Below are positions 25,401 to 33,812 of a DNA stretch of 64,000 nt, piece by piece. The stretch lies in the NCBI GenBank assembly GCA_965263035.1, contig OZ253580.1:2976001-3040000 (forward strand). The letters are read 5' to 3'. The first letter of the stretch is position 1. Each line of letters opens with the position of its first letter. The DNA is from Acidobacteriota bacterium. GTDB taxonomy: Bacteria > Acidobacteriota > UBA6911 > RPQK01 > JAJDTT01. The position numbers and the translations under genes were made by a program. The notes beneath the pieces are model-generated. The model saw only the letters and a list, made by a program, of their open reading frames with translations. It ran no database searches and had not been told where the DNA came from.

Positions 25401-25923
25401 GATTGTAGTGGGCCGAAGCGTTGTACGGCTCCAAGGAGAGCACCTTGCGAAAGTGGCCGATGGCCTGTTCGTAACGTCGTCCGCGCGAGCTCAGCAGTCC
25501 CAGGTAATACTGCGTCGAAGGGTCCTGAGGGTCCTGGCGGGTGACCTGACCGAAAGCCTTCGCCGCCTTGGCGGCCTGATCCTGGTTCCGATAGATGAGA
25601 CCCATCATGTAGTGGGACTGGATCTGCTCCGGATCCAATTCCAAGGCCTGCTGGAAGGATCGGGCGGCCTCCTCGTGGAGTTGTTGATTGAACAACGCGA
25701 CCCCCAGGTTCACATGGCCCGGCACGAAGTTCGCGTCCAGTTCCAGAAGACGAGAAAATTCCTGGGCGGCGGCCTTGTAGTCGAGCTGTTCCATGTAGGC
25801 GACGCCCCGGCTGTTGAGCCGCAGGAGTTCAGTCACCTCAGCCGAATCGCTCCGGGGGGGAAATCCGAACATGGTCCAGAGGGCGGCAGCGACGAGGAAG
25901 GGAATCAGAAGCAGGCGAACCAT
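22423..25923 (-). CDS. TPR + FG-GAP/VCBS + ASPIC/UnbV (CRTAC1-family) protein
   Basis: N-terminal TPRs; many DxDxDGDxDL repeats; NRSAIGTKV...LHFGLG...WPGG ASPIC domain; SCPILYVWNGE C-terminal module. Confidence 0.9.
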   Translation of the reverse strand: MVRLLLIPFLVAAALWTMFGFPPRSDSAEVTELLRLNSRGVAYMEQLDYKAAAQEFSRLLELDANFVPGHVNLGVALFNQQLHEEAARSFQQALELDPEQIQSHYMMGLIYRNQDQAAKAAKAFGQVTRQDPQDPSTQYYLGLLSSRGRRYEQAIGHFRKVLSLEPYNASAHYNLAIALTRSSQGEEGRKEMERFRTLQGMFGATTLGLQYLEQGRYALVLEDLDDYLPQPRVEDREEFAVRFQEHGAAAGLGFRHAGPGTVDPEVSSVRELEDQLVPWVGSGSSFGDFDGDGHADLFLANAGPGGSRSSLFRNRGDGTFQETTQESGLHRKDRTMHGIWGDYDNDRDPDLYLINYGPNVLYRNEGNGRFVEVTEQAGVGDPAWGTGGAFVDYDHDGDLDLLVTNLTGRPDSLAAGTRFPQDLPGANNSLFRNNSDGTFSDVSDSSGLAGEHRQTWSSVCTDFDNRRDIDFYFVNRGAPNQLFSNQRDGTFVDMAEAAGVAGDGEGVGVGIGDLAHRGFLDLALPTLTGSDFSLRTQKAGNRRYALRQDWMPEDWETPGQVHTAHLLDFDNDGDRDLLLVSAPLFTSKWEEPRRNFHLLANHRGRFRDVSRQARLDEFRGLPVRGVSAADYDRDGDLDLVANVNGGRPLLLRNQGGNRNNWVSVTARGTNSNRSAIGTKVEIRSGRLLQKEEVRGGYGFLSQNAATLHFGLGRRTEIDIVRLLWPGGVLQSELNQEVNQTLEIQELDRKGTSCPILYVWNGERYVFQTDFLGGSAYGYLLSPGTFNYPDTDEYVKLNRGQVALKDGRLAITLNNQLEELILFDKLELVVVDHPEDYEIYPDEKLLPGPPYADFRLLTFSDPRPPLSATDGKGQELLPALSRLDGKYPDLFRNLPFKGYAEPHELILDLGPVPGKNTRLLLDAWIDYADSTSNLAASQAGLSLSPPVLQVQDASGVWVTVIERMGFPAGLPKPMTVDLSGKFLSDSRKVRIRTNMRIHWDRIRVDASPSRRDYKTFRLSPQRADLHNLGFPAGIGKPLLAYDRSRILPTAPWKAHIGNYTRFGEVSPLLLKRDDMFVATRAGDEIEAFFDLHRIPAPPEGWVRDYLVYVDGFGKDMDLHSASPDTVGPLPFHGMSRFPYGPNERFPDTPAHQRYLQEWNTRRVDRWY

Positions 25924-25926
25924 GGC

Positions 25927-26580
25927 TCAAGACCCACCGTGGAAAGCAAAGAGATACTCCTTGAAACCGTTTCGAAGCCTGAAGGAGCTGAAGAGCCGGT
26001 AGCGGGGCATCATCCGGTTCAGGTCCGCCCGGTGGTATCGAGGCGAAGGGCGCAGCAGCGAGGAGAGGTACTCGTAGCGGAGCCGCTCCGAATTGATGAC
26101 CTGGAATCGGATCGGTTTCTCCGGAATGTACCGGTTCGTGGAAATCATGGAGAACAACAGCGTCCCCGGATGGCAAAACCGGTCCAGGTGTCTGATCAGA
26201 CTGGTGAGCTCAAGTTCTTCCAGATAGTTGAACAGGTCCCAACCCAGGATGAGATCGAACCGCGTTTCCTCAGCGTAGGGGAGAAGGTAGCGGTAGACGG
26301 CGTCATAGGAACGGGGCTCGCGGGGATCGAAGAAGTCGAAGGAGGACAAGGTCTCGTAGAGGTTTTCGATTTCGATGTGCAGGGAGCGAACGCTTTGGGA
26401 CAGGAAGTGGAGATTGGAGGGGTAAGCCGACCCCAGGTCCAGAACGCTCAGTTTCCGGCGGCCCCGCATCTGATTGTAGGCGATGTTGAAGCCGACGGAG
26501 GAGTGGACTTCGGCTTCCGGCAGAGTCGGTTCCGGAGCGGGTCCGGGCTCAGGATTGCGGAGAAGTGACCACCGCATCAC
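25927..26580 (-). CDS. Class I SAM-dependent methyltransferase-like protein
   Basis: VLDLGS motif I, FDLILGWDLFNYL; coupled to bactofilin gene. Confidence 0.75.
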   Translation of the reverse strand: MMRWSLLRNPEPGPAPEPTLPEAEVHSSVGFNIAYNQMRGRRKLSVLDLGSAYPSNLHFLSQSVRSLHIEIENLYETLSSFDFFDPREPRSYDAVYRYLLPYAEETRFDLILGWDLFNYLEELELTSLIRHLDRFCHPGTLLFSMISTNRYIPEKPIRFQVINSERLRYEYLSSLLRPSPRYHRADLNRMMPRYRLFSSFRLRNGFKEYLFAFHGGS

Positions 26581-27140
26581 GCCTTTGGAAAGGGCGACGT
26601 GGTCCGGGCGGGGATGACGGGCTCGGAAACGACTCTCCGTGAAGCCGGCGCATCATCCACGATCAAGCCTGCGCTGAGGGATTCTCCACCATCTCCTGAC
26701 GACTCCTGGTGGTCGTCATTGTCGCCCATGTCAATGCTGCCCTTGAACCTGCAACCCTCTTCGAGAACGACCTGGGGAGCGTTGAGATTTCCCCGGACGC
26801 TTCCGGTTCCACGCAGGACGATCTTCTCTTCACCCTGTATGGTCCCTTCAACGTAGCCCTCGATGCTGATCAACCTGGCGAACATGTCGGCCTTGATCCG
26901 TCCTTCCCGGCCCACGGTGAGACATTGGTTGGCAAGCGACAACTTTCCTTCAACCCGGCCGTTGACCAGCAGATCCTGGGCTCCACTTACCTCCCCGTGG
27001 ATGATGATGGCCGTCCCGATGACGGCCCTTTCCTTCAGCCGTTCGACGGGATCCCGTTGGATTGGGTTTCGTGGGACAGACCCTGGTTGGATCGGGTCCA
27101 TGGCAGAAATAGAAGGTTCAGGCGAATCTTTTTTCCACAT
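26577..27140 (-). CDS. Bactofilin (polymer-forming cytoskeletal protein)
   Basis: AVIGTAIIIHGEVSGAQDLLVNGRVEG...LEEGCRFKGSIDM beta-helix; MWKK start. Confidence 0.92.
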   Translation of the reverse strand: MWKKDSPEPSISAMDPIQPGSVPRNPIQRDPVERLKERAVIGTAIIIHGEVSGAQDLLVNGRVEGKLSLANQCLTVGREGRIKADMFARLISIEGYVEGTIQGEEKIVLRGTGSVRGNLNAPQVVLEEGCRFKGSIDMGDNDDHQESSGDGGESLSAGLIVDDAPASRRVVSEPVIPARTTSPFPKA

Positions 27141-27256
27141 GTTGTGCTCCAAAGCTGAATAGCTATCTCTTTTATAGGCTAATTCCTCGCAAGTCAACCG
27201 GGCCGAGCTCATGGTTCCATCGATCAGAGGGCGCTACAATGCCGAAGCATAAGTCC

Positions 27257-27715
27257 ATGAATTCGGGTGAAGGGAGAGTTCGGGATCTGACGAGGGAATT
27301 CTTCGCTTACTATCCGGATTATCGGCTCTGCCACACCTTGGCCGTCAACGTCGAGAATGGAGTGACCAGCTACCTGGACGCGCTGTCCGCCATGTCTAGA
27401 AAGGCGCGTGCCGCCGAGTTGAATCGAGAGGCCATCGAAGAGAAGCTGAACCTCCGCAGTGTCAGCGTCCAGGGTCGGACCGTGCGAATCAGCGAACTCT
27501 CCCTGGGGGAGATCCTGCGACTGGATCTCGACACTTGTCGGACCGTGCTGGACTTCTACTTCAAGCACCCCTATGCCCACGGTCGGACCGGAAAGTCGCG
27601 TTGGTGGCCGAGGTGGTCTCGCACTCTCTTTCTTTCGGCCATCCTGGGACACGCCAAGAGAAAAGGAATCGACCTGGACTACGGAAGCTGCTTCGAGATT
27701 TTGAAGCTGTTGTGA
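27257..27715 (+). CDS. Hypothetical protein
   Basis: ORF fills intergenic space with protein-like composition; TACAAT upstream; no family recognised; start uncertain (27239 or 27257). Confidence 0.6.
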   Translation: MNSGEGRVRDLTREFFAYYPDYRLCHTLAVNVENGVTSYLDALSAMSRKARAAELNREAIEEKLNLRSVSVQGRTVRISELSLGEILRLDLDTCRTVLDFYFKHPYAHGRTGKSRWWPRWSRTLFLSAILGHAKRKGIDLDYGSCFEILKLL

Positions 27716-27729
27716 TGGATGGGAGTAAA

Positions 27730-27888
27730 CAGCCCGTGGCAAAAGTCGTCAGGGCATTCGACCGGGTCTGCATCCCGGCGGACTGCGTTGCTCCTCGGTC
27801 ACATACTCCCGGTATGCTCCCTCAGAGCGCCTGGTCCGGTCGGGCGCAGCTCGGTCTCGGTGCTGCGTGGGACTTTCACCACGGACTG
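27730..27888. mobile_element. MITE family C (159 bp, TAAA target duplication)
   Basis: Imperfect TIR CAGCCCGTGGCAAAAGTC / GACTTTCACCACGGACTG; TAAA on both flanks; partial second copy at 39387-39436. Confidence 0.82.
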
Positions 27889-27897
27889 TAAAGACAG

Positions 27898-28206
27898 GTG
27901 AAGAAGAGTCGGGCCGCCATTCTGCTGCTGCCGTTCATCTTTCTGGGGGCACTCTTCGTCCTCAGATCCTACCGGGTGGATCTGGTCCACACGGTTGTTT
28001 TGGAGGGCCTGCTGGAACGAGCGCCAGAAGAATACCCACGCCAACCGATCATCGATGCCTTTGAGAATGCACGCCGCCAAGCCCGGGAAACGGATCGGAC
28101 CGAAGTCTACCTGGAACAGCTCTTTAGAATTTCGCGGCGCCTGGAGAAGGTCCAACACGTAGACGGCGAGCAGGTTGCCGAAATGCTGCAAATTCTGGGG
28201 CAATGA
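27898..28206 (+). CDS. Hypothetical membrane-anchored protein
   Basis: N-terminal signal/TM followed by an amphipathic helical domain. Confidence 0.6.
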   Translation: MKKSRAAILLLPFIFLGALFVLRSYRVDLVHTVVLEGLLERAPEEYPRQPIIDAFENARRQARETDRTEVYLEQLFRISRRLEKVQHVDGEQVAEMLQILGQ

Positions 28207-28425
28207 GCGGATTATCCACTGGCTTGGGTGCGGCGAAGTCCGGGAGATCCCCCTCGGCTCAGACTGGCCCCGGCGTACTCGACAAGATCGTTGTCCTTTC
28301 CCTTCGCCGCTACACGAACACCTCATCTTCAATCTTTTCTCTCTCCTGATTTCTCTTTCCTCGGCAGGGGTGACACCAGCGGCCCGCACCCCTGCTCACT
28401 CCCCCGCTTCTGCTAGTCTATAGGC

Positions 28426-29229
28426 GTGTTATGTCCACGTTGCCGAACCCGGAGCCGTGGGAACATATGCCCCAACTGCGGTTGGGCGGCTGAAGCGCGA
28501 CAGCGGACCATTACGTTTCAATCCGGATCCGCCCATTCATCCCGAGGCAGGATCGCCCATGACGTGCCCGCCGGCCACAGGGCCGGGGGTGGATCCGTCC
28601 CGGATAACCCCCTGGGTTTTCAGCGTGCGGGAGCCGGCCAGGCCGACGACAGGCGGGTCATTCGCGTCGCGGGGAGGTCGCGAACCGGAATCCCGTCCGG
28701 GACCCACCGTCAGCAGAAGCTGAAGCTGGAGACTCTGCCTCCCGCACCCGCGGTCGTAGAGGCGCCCGAGCCCACGGCCACAGTGACCAGCCTGCCGAGG
28801 GAGATCCTCCTGTCACGGATCCTGGCCGCAATTCTGGACCTCTCGTTGGCGGGCTTGATCGGGTTTTCCTTCTGTTTCCTGGCTTCTTGGGCACTGGGCC
28901 TGGATTTCTTCTCGCTCGAATCGTTTCGGCTCGGAGTCGTCTGCACCGCCGGCATCTACCTCTTCACTTCCTTCTTCTTTCTCCTTGGAGCCGGACAAAC
29001 ACCTGGAATGTATTTCACGCGTCTGAGACTGGTGAGCGAGAAAAGGCAGAAATCCATATCCATGTGGGCCGTTGCGCTGTGGATTTTTCTCTACCCGCCG
29101 GTCACCTTGACTCTGGTGGGACTTCTGTGGAGCCTTATCGATCCCTGGAGGCGGTGCATACACGATCGTCTGAGCGGTACCCGGGTGGTTTTATTGGTCG
29201 AGCCGGTCAGCGCTCCGCTTCCCGAATGA
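28426..29229 (+). CDS. RDD family protein with N-terminal zinc ribbon
   Basis: CPRC...CPNC; RILAAILD, GQTPGM, IHDRLSGTRVV. Confidence 0.88.
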   Translation: MLCPRCRTRSRGNICPNCGWAAEARQRTITFQSGSAHSSRGRIAHDVPAGHRAGGGSVPDNPLGFQRAGAGQADDRRVIRVAGRSRTGIPSGTHRQQKLKLETLPPAPAVVEAPEPTATVTSLPREILLSRILAAILDLSLAGLIGFSFCFLASWALGLDFFSLESFRLGVVCTAGIYLFTSFFFLLGAGQTPGMYFTRLRLVSEKRQKSISMWAVALWIFLYPPVTLTLVGLLWSLIDPWRRCIHDRLSGTRVVLLVEPVSAPLPE

Positions 29230-29665
29230 ATTGATTCACCAGCGTCCGCAGGCGGGGACGGCAGCGATACTCCACATCCGGGTCGGAAAGAAAGACCTCG
29301 ATGATGACGACCATGGCCGGAATCGGATCCTCCGATTCCGTTTCCGAAAACGGTTTCGCGGTCAGAAAATCCAAGGCCTGACAGAAGTCGCTCTGTTGCA
29401 GAAACCTCTGCAGAGGGAACTGTTTCAGAACCAGAACCAGGATTCTGCAGAATGCCGGGAACCGTTTCTCGTAAAGCAGGAGGGGGACCAGGTGATGGCT
29501 GTCCTCCAGCGGTTCGCCGGTACGGGCGGAATCGAGCAGGCGTTGGAGTTCACCGGATGAAGCGGCCGAACGGCGCCGGCCAATGAACAGGAAGATTCCC
29601 AGGGCGAGCAGGGTCAGGGCGAAGATGAGAAGCAGGACGGGGTAGCTGAGAAGCGCCTGTTGCAC
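29207..29665 (-). CDS. Hypothetical membrane-anchored protein
   Basis: N-terminal TM helix; follows the BNR-repeat gene on the same strand. Confidence 0.55.
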   Translation of the reverse strand: MQQALLSYPVLLLIFALTLLALGIFLFIGRRRSAASSGELQRLLDSARTGEPLEDSHHLVPLLLYEKRFPAFCRILVLVLKQFPLQRFLQQSDFCQALDFLTAKPFSETESEDPIPAMVVIIEVFLSDPDVEYRCRPRLRTLVNQFIREAER

Positions 29666-29713
29666 GTGTCATCCGCGAAGCCGGCATCACCCGTTGGTTT
29701 GGGTCTGACACTT

Positions 29714-31654
29714 TTATTCTACCGGATTGCGGATGAGATGGATCCCCTCGGAGAGGGTGCCGGCAAGAAGCTCTCCCGAATTGGACAGATGCAAGGTCGT
29801 GATACGTGGTCCGGCGCTGCCTCGATCGAAAGTGTGCCAGCTGTCGCCCCCGTCAGGACTGGCATACAGGTGTCCCAGCAGGGAGTCGCTGGCGAAGACT
29901 CCGATATTCGACCCGCGGACGCCGGCGGAAAGGGCGGAGATGTCCAAAGGCTGAATTCCACCAGCCCGTATCCATTCGTCCCCGTTTTCGTTGCTGACGA
30001 AGACGCCTTTGCCGGTTCCACAATAAAGGCGCGGTCCGGACCTGCGGACGATGTTTACCCGGGTTGCCGGGAGCCCGAAGGGTGGAACCAGCCAGATCTC
30101 ACCGCCGTCGCGCGATCGAAAGAGGCCGGAGTCGGTCCCGGCAAACAGGATCGCAGTCGGGAAGTCATACAGTAGGGTCTGCACTCCGCCGACATCGCCT
30201 GAGATCTCCTTCTTTTCCAAGGTTCCGGTTTCCAGGTCCAAATGGAAGACCCCCTGTGGCGTGGCCAGGAAGAGACCCGTCTCCTCCCGGTTCGAAAAGG
30301 ACAAATCGAGAACGGGCAACCTGGAGAACTCCTCGACCGGCTGCCACGGAGTTTCGTCGGGAACCCCCACGAACAGGCCTGTTCCCGTCCCCAGAAATAC
30401 TTGGGAGGAGAGGCGTGAGGGGCGGATCGCCCGGATCGAGTCCGCACTCCCGTCCAGACCGTCGTTGAACGAACTCCACTTCCAACTTCTCCCCTTCAGG
30501 GTGAAGAATCCGCCGTAACCTCGGTCCAGGACGACGCTGGCGTAATACACGTCGGACCGGCGCGGATCGGACTCCAGAGCGCCGATCTGGCGATGGGCGA
30601 ATCCTCGGTTGGATGGGGAGAAGGTGGCGCCCCCATCGTCTGAACGGAGGATGCCCGCGTCATCGGAACCCACTAGAATCACCGAAGGCCGGTTGGGATG
30701 CACGACCACGGCGTTCACGACGACCCCGGAGATCAACTGCTTCCAGGAGCTGCCGGCGTCTCTGGTGACGAACAGGCCCTTGGTCGTTCCGGCGAAAAGG
30801 GTTGCCGGGTCGGAGGGATCCATTTGGAGCGCCCGGGTTCTCCTCGCCACCTTGGGCAGTCCGTTCTTCAACTTGGACCACTTCTCACCGCCATTGTCCG
30901 ACTTGTAGATTCCGGAGCAGGCACCGGCGTAAATCGTGTCGGGCTTGCCGGGTTCCACGACCATGGCAAACAGGTCGCTGTCATCGGCCATCCCCTTGTG
31001 GATCGGGATCCACTTACGGCCCAGGTTGGCAGTCTTCCACGCCAAGTGGAAAGTCCCCACGTAGAGAGTCGGCGGGTCCCGGTCGTCGAAGGCGAGGGAG
31101 TCGACGTTGTAGAGACTCCTGTATCCGCGCGTGATCCGGTCCCACGTCTTGCCCCGGTCGCGGCTCAGCAGGACACCCTCCGAGATCCCGATGGCGATGA
31201 TGGAAGGGTCCGACGGCGCGATGGCCATGGCCCGGATGGTGCTGTCGTAACGACCTACGGCTATGAGCTCCCACGCCGAGCCCCCGCTCCGGGAACGGAA
31301 CAATTGTCCCCGGTCGGCTTTCAGTTCCCAAGTGGCGGCATAGAGGGTGGCCGGATCCGAGGGGTCGAAGGCCAGGTTGTCCACCACGAGGTCCCTGCGT
31401 CCCAATCCGGGATTGATTCGGGACCAGTTCAGCCCTGTGTCCCGAGAGACGTAGATCTGACCGTCGCTGGTGCCCAGATAGAGGGTGTCCGGTTTTTCGG
31501 GATGGACGGCCAGAGAACGCACGTCTCCCCCAAAGGGGCCCAGAACCCTGGAATCCACGTTGCCTGCGAGGGGAAAATCGACCAACAACAGGGTGACGCA
31601 GCAGAGTAGAGCCTTCCGGCAGTACTCCCGCCAAATCGTCTTGGGCTCTTTCAT
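29714..31654 (-). CDS. Secreted BNR/Asp-box beta-propeller (YCF48/sortilin-like) protein
   Basis: Signal peptide, GPFGGDVRSLA, repeated SRDxGxxW boxes. Confidence 0.88.
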   Translation of the reverse strand: MKEPKTIWREYCRKALLCCVTLLLVDFPLAGNVDSRVLGPFGGDVRSLAVHPEKPDTLYLGTSDGQIYVSRDTGLNWSRINPGLGRRDLVVDNLAFDPSDPATLYAATWELKADRGQLFRSRSGGSAWELIAVGRYDSTIRAMAIAPSDPSIIAIGISEGVLLSRDRGKTWDRITRGYRSLYNVDSLAFDDRDPPTLYVGTFHLAWKTANLGRKWIPIHKGMADDSDLFAMVVEPGKPDTIYAGACSGIYKSDNGGEKWSKLKNGLPKVARRTRALQMDPSDPATLFAGTTKGLFVTRDAGSSWKQLISGVVVNAVVVHPNRPSVILVGSDDAGILRSDDGGATFSPSNRGFAHRQIGALESDPRRSDVYYASVVLDRGYGGFFTLKGRSWKWSSFNDGLDGSADSIRAIRPSRLSSQVFLGTGTGLFVGVPDETPWQPVEEFSRLPVLDLSFSNREETGLFLATPQGVFHLDLETGTLEKKEISGDVGGVQTLLYDFPTAILFAGTDSGLFRSRDGGEIWLVPPFGLPATRVNIVRRSGPRLYCGTGKGVFVSNENGDEWIRAGGIQPLDISALSAGVRGSNIGVFASDSLLGHLYASPDGGDSWHTFDRGSAGPRITTLHLSNSGELLAGTLSEGIHLIRNPVE

Positions 31655-31682
31655 GGTGTGTTTTTTACTCCGTTCGGGCTAG

Positions 31683-31841
31683 GAGCCTGCGCCGCAGAAA
31701 TTGAGCTACTGCGAAAGCGGTAGAATCGGTCCATATTTCCCCGATTTCTCGGTGAATAGAACAACTATGCACCTCCAAATCGAGAAAATCCGGCCTCGAT
31801 TCCCCACTTTCTCGCTACGATCATTTCTACCGCGCAGACTC
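31683..31841 (+). mobile_element. MITE family A copy (159 bp), CTAG/CTAG flanks
   Basis: GAGCCTGCGCCGCAGAAATTGA...TCATTTCTACCGCGCAGACTC imperfect TIRs; near-identical copies elsewhere in the window. Confidence 0.92.
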
Positions 31842-31932
31842 CTAGCGAATGACGTCTCAGTTCTCGCTTCCACCGCGCACTCATCGAGCGAGTCGTGATG
31901 GACAAAAAGCATTGCCCGGATATCCTCACCGC

Positions 31933-33141
31933 TCAATTTCCACGCCTCAGCTCTCTCTCCACCCGGATTTCCACCGTACATCTGGAGGTGCTCTCCGAAT
32001 CGCTCAGCTCCGCGGAGACGGTGTAGACGCCTTCTTCCAGTCCGGTGGAGTCGAATCGGGCCGAATCGGGCTGCAGCGATACGGCGCCCCCGCTGGCAAT
32101 CCAGGCAATACTCAGGACGTCGTCGTCAGGATCTATGGCGTGGACCTGTATTTTGGCCGATTCCCCTGACTTCACCGTCTGGCGAAACGGACGGCAGCGG
32201 ATGACGGGAGGGCGGTTGATCTTTCTCTGGATGACCAACTGGGCCGTCCATCCGTGTCTTCCGGCGTCCGAAATCCCGAGCTGGTCAGGACTTGCGTGGT
32301 TGAGATTCAGACTGTACCCGGCCGAGAGTTGGAACCAGCGTCGAGCAAGGAGTCTCATCCCGAGGTGCAGTTCAAGAGGTGTCTCGAACCCGGAACCGCC
32401 GAAGCGGGTGCCGAACAACTCGGCGACGAGGGTGGTCTCACGACCCAGTGGGAAGTCCAGACCCACGCCGTAGTCGAACTGGTGTCCGGGGATCGATTCC
32501 GGTCCGTCGCCGGAGTAGAGGAAGCCTCCGTTGACGGTGAGTCTCACGGATGTGGAGACCTGACGCGAGATGAGAACATCCAGTCCCAAGCCCGGTCCCG
32601 CCGGGGTCAATTCGGGGAAGGCGGATGGGAATCCGGCCGAAGTGGAGATTCGCATCTTGGGCTGGAGAGCGAGTCCTACGGGATGCCCATGGCTGGGCGA
32701 CCACAGATTCAGCTTCAGTCCGGCCCACAGGTCCCCGGAATCCGCCGCGGACGAAAGGTCCGGATGGGCGGAACGGTTGAACAGGGTCGAGTTGCCGCCG
32801 GGGAGCCGGCTTTCGGCGAGGATCCCCATCGAATTCGAGCGCAGCCACTTCCGAGCCTTCCAGGAGAGGAAGCTCTCCAGGTAGTCGCGGAGTCCCAACG
32901 TGAAGGAGACGGGAAACCGGGTGATTCGGGCTTGCCCGGCCACCCCGTGGAACCGGGCGTGATGGAGTCCGAAGCTGAACTCACCGGTTCGCAGGGTCTC
33001 GGGGGTAGCCAGGTTGAAGAGTCCGGTCGACCCCTTCCAACTGGGACGCAACTGCTTGATTCTGTTGCGTTCGGTGGCATCTACGGTATCGGGAAGCAGG
33101 ATCACGAAGCCCAAGGCTGCCAGCATGACGCGTCTATCCAT
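31933..33141 (-). CDS. Outer-membrane beta-barrel-like protein with C-terminal PKD/Ig-like domain
   Basis: Signal peptide; GSTGLFNLATPETLRTGEFSFG; amphipathic beta strands; NRPPVI...AIDPDDD...GVYTVS; longer track ORF starts inside a MITE. Confidence 0.7.
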   Translation of the reverse strand: MDRRVMLAALGFVILLPDTVDATERNRIKQLRPSWKGSTGLFNLATPETLRTGEFSFGLHHARFHGVAGQARITRFPVSFTLGLRDYLESFLSWKARKWLRSNSMGILAESRLPGGNSTLFNRSAHPDLSSAADSGDLWAGLKLNLWSPSHGHPVGLALQPKMRISTSAGFPSAFPELTPAGPGLGLDVLISRQVSTSVRLTVNGGFLYSGDGPESIPGHQFDYGVGLDFPLGRETTLVAELFGTRFGGSGFETPLELHLGMRLLARRWFQLSAGYSLNLNHASPDQLGISDAGRHGWTAQLVIQRKINRPPVIRCRPFRQTVKSGESAKIQVHAIDPDDDVLSIAWIASGGAVSLQPDSARFDSTGLEEGVYTVSAELSDSESTSRCTVEIRVERELRRGN

Positions 33142-33234
33142 GCCTGCAACAGTCGATCGGCACGCCTCCCAGGCGCTCCGGAATCGGTGGGGCCGACGAG
33201 TAGGCCGCGAATTCCGGTGAGAATTTGGGGTTAG

Positions 33235-33393
33235 GAGCCTGCGCCGCAGAAATTGAGCTACTGCGAAAGCGGTAGAATCGGTCCATATTTCCCCGATTTC
33301 TCGGCGAATAGAACAACTATGCACCTCCAAATCGAGAAAATCCGGCCTCGATTCCCCACTTTCTCGCTACGATCATTTCTACCGCGCAGACTC
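33235..33393 (+). mobile_element. MITE family A copy (159 bp)
   Basis: Nearly identical to 31683-31841; flanks TTAG/CTGG. Confidence 0.92.
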
Positions 33394-33567
33394 CTGGATC
33401 CCGGCATCCTCCTGCCCGCCGTCTCCGTTGACTTTGTAATCGTTCATGTCGGCGTAATCGTCGAAGTAATCCGCTTCCTCTTCGTAGTCTTCAAAGTCGT
33501 CGTATTCGTCCTCGTCCTCGAACTCGTCGTACAGATCGTCTTCCTGTGCCAAGATGCTTGCAGTCAT
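33379..33567 (-). CDS. Highly acidic small protein; stop codon lies within the MITE
   Basis: MTASILAQEDDLYDEFEDEDEYDDFEDYEEEADYFDDYAD...; last codons and TAG fall inside MITE A. Confidence 0.55.
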   Translation of the reverse strand: MTASILAQEDDLYDEFEDEDEYDDFEDYEEEADYFDDYADMNDYKVNGDGGQEDAGIQESAR

Positions 33568-33812
33568 CGATTTTGTCTCCAGCGCGATTATCCGCCGCCC
33601 GACCAACCCAGTTCAACCACTCGAATGGGCAGAGTGGAGAGTGGAAAGAGGAAAGCTCTTCCACCGGCAAGGGTCCGGCGCAGTCCGGACAGAAACGCGA
33701 TTCGCGTGGGAGCGACGGTTTCCAACCGCCGAACTCCGGTGGAGCCCGGGGACGAGGAGGTACGGGGGAAAGGAATCTCCCCTTTCCTATTCCGTAGTAG
33801 AGTGGTTTTGAA

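Noticed and set aside
22417-26568. Long + strand ORFs (746 aa, 609 aa)
   Set aside because: Antisense to the CRTAC1/TPR and methyltransferase genes; no motifs
31683-33393. Repeats considered as a CRISPR array
   Set aside because: Repeats are 159 bp, dispersed, have TIRs and target duplications, and there are no spacers or cas genes
33640-33700. RNase P RNA-like GAGGAAAG motif
   Set aside because: Reads GAGGAAAGCTC rather than GAGGAAAGTCC, lacks the 3' P4 partner, and belongs to a heptamer tract
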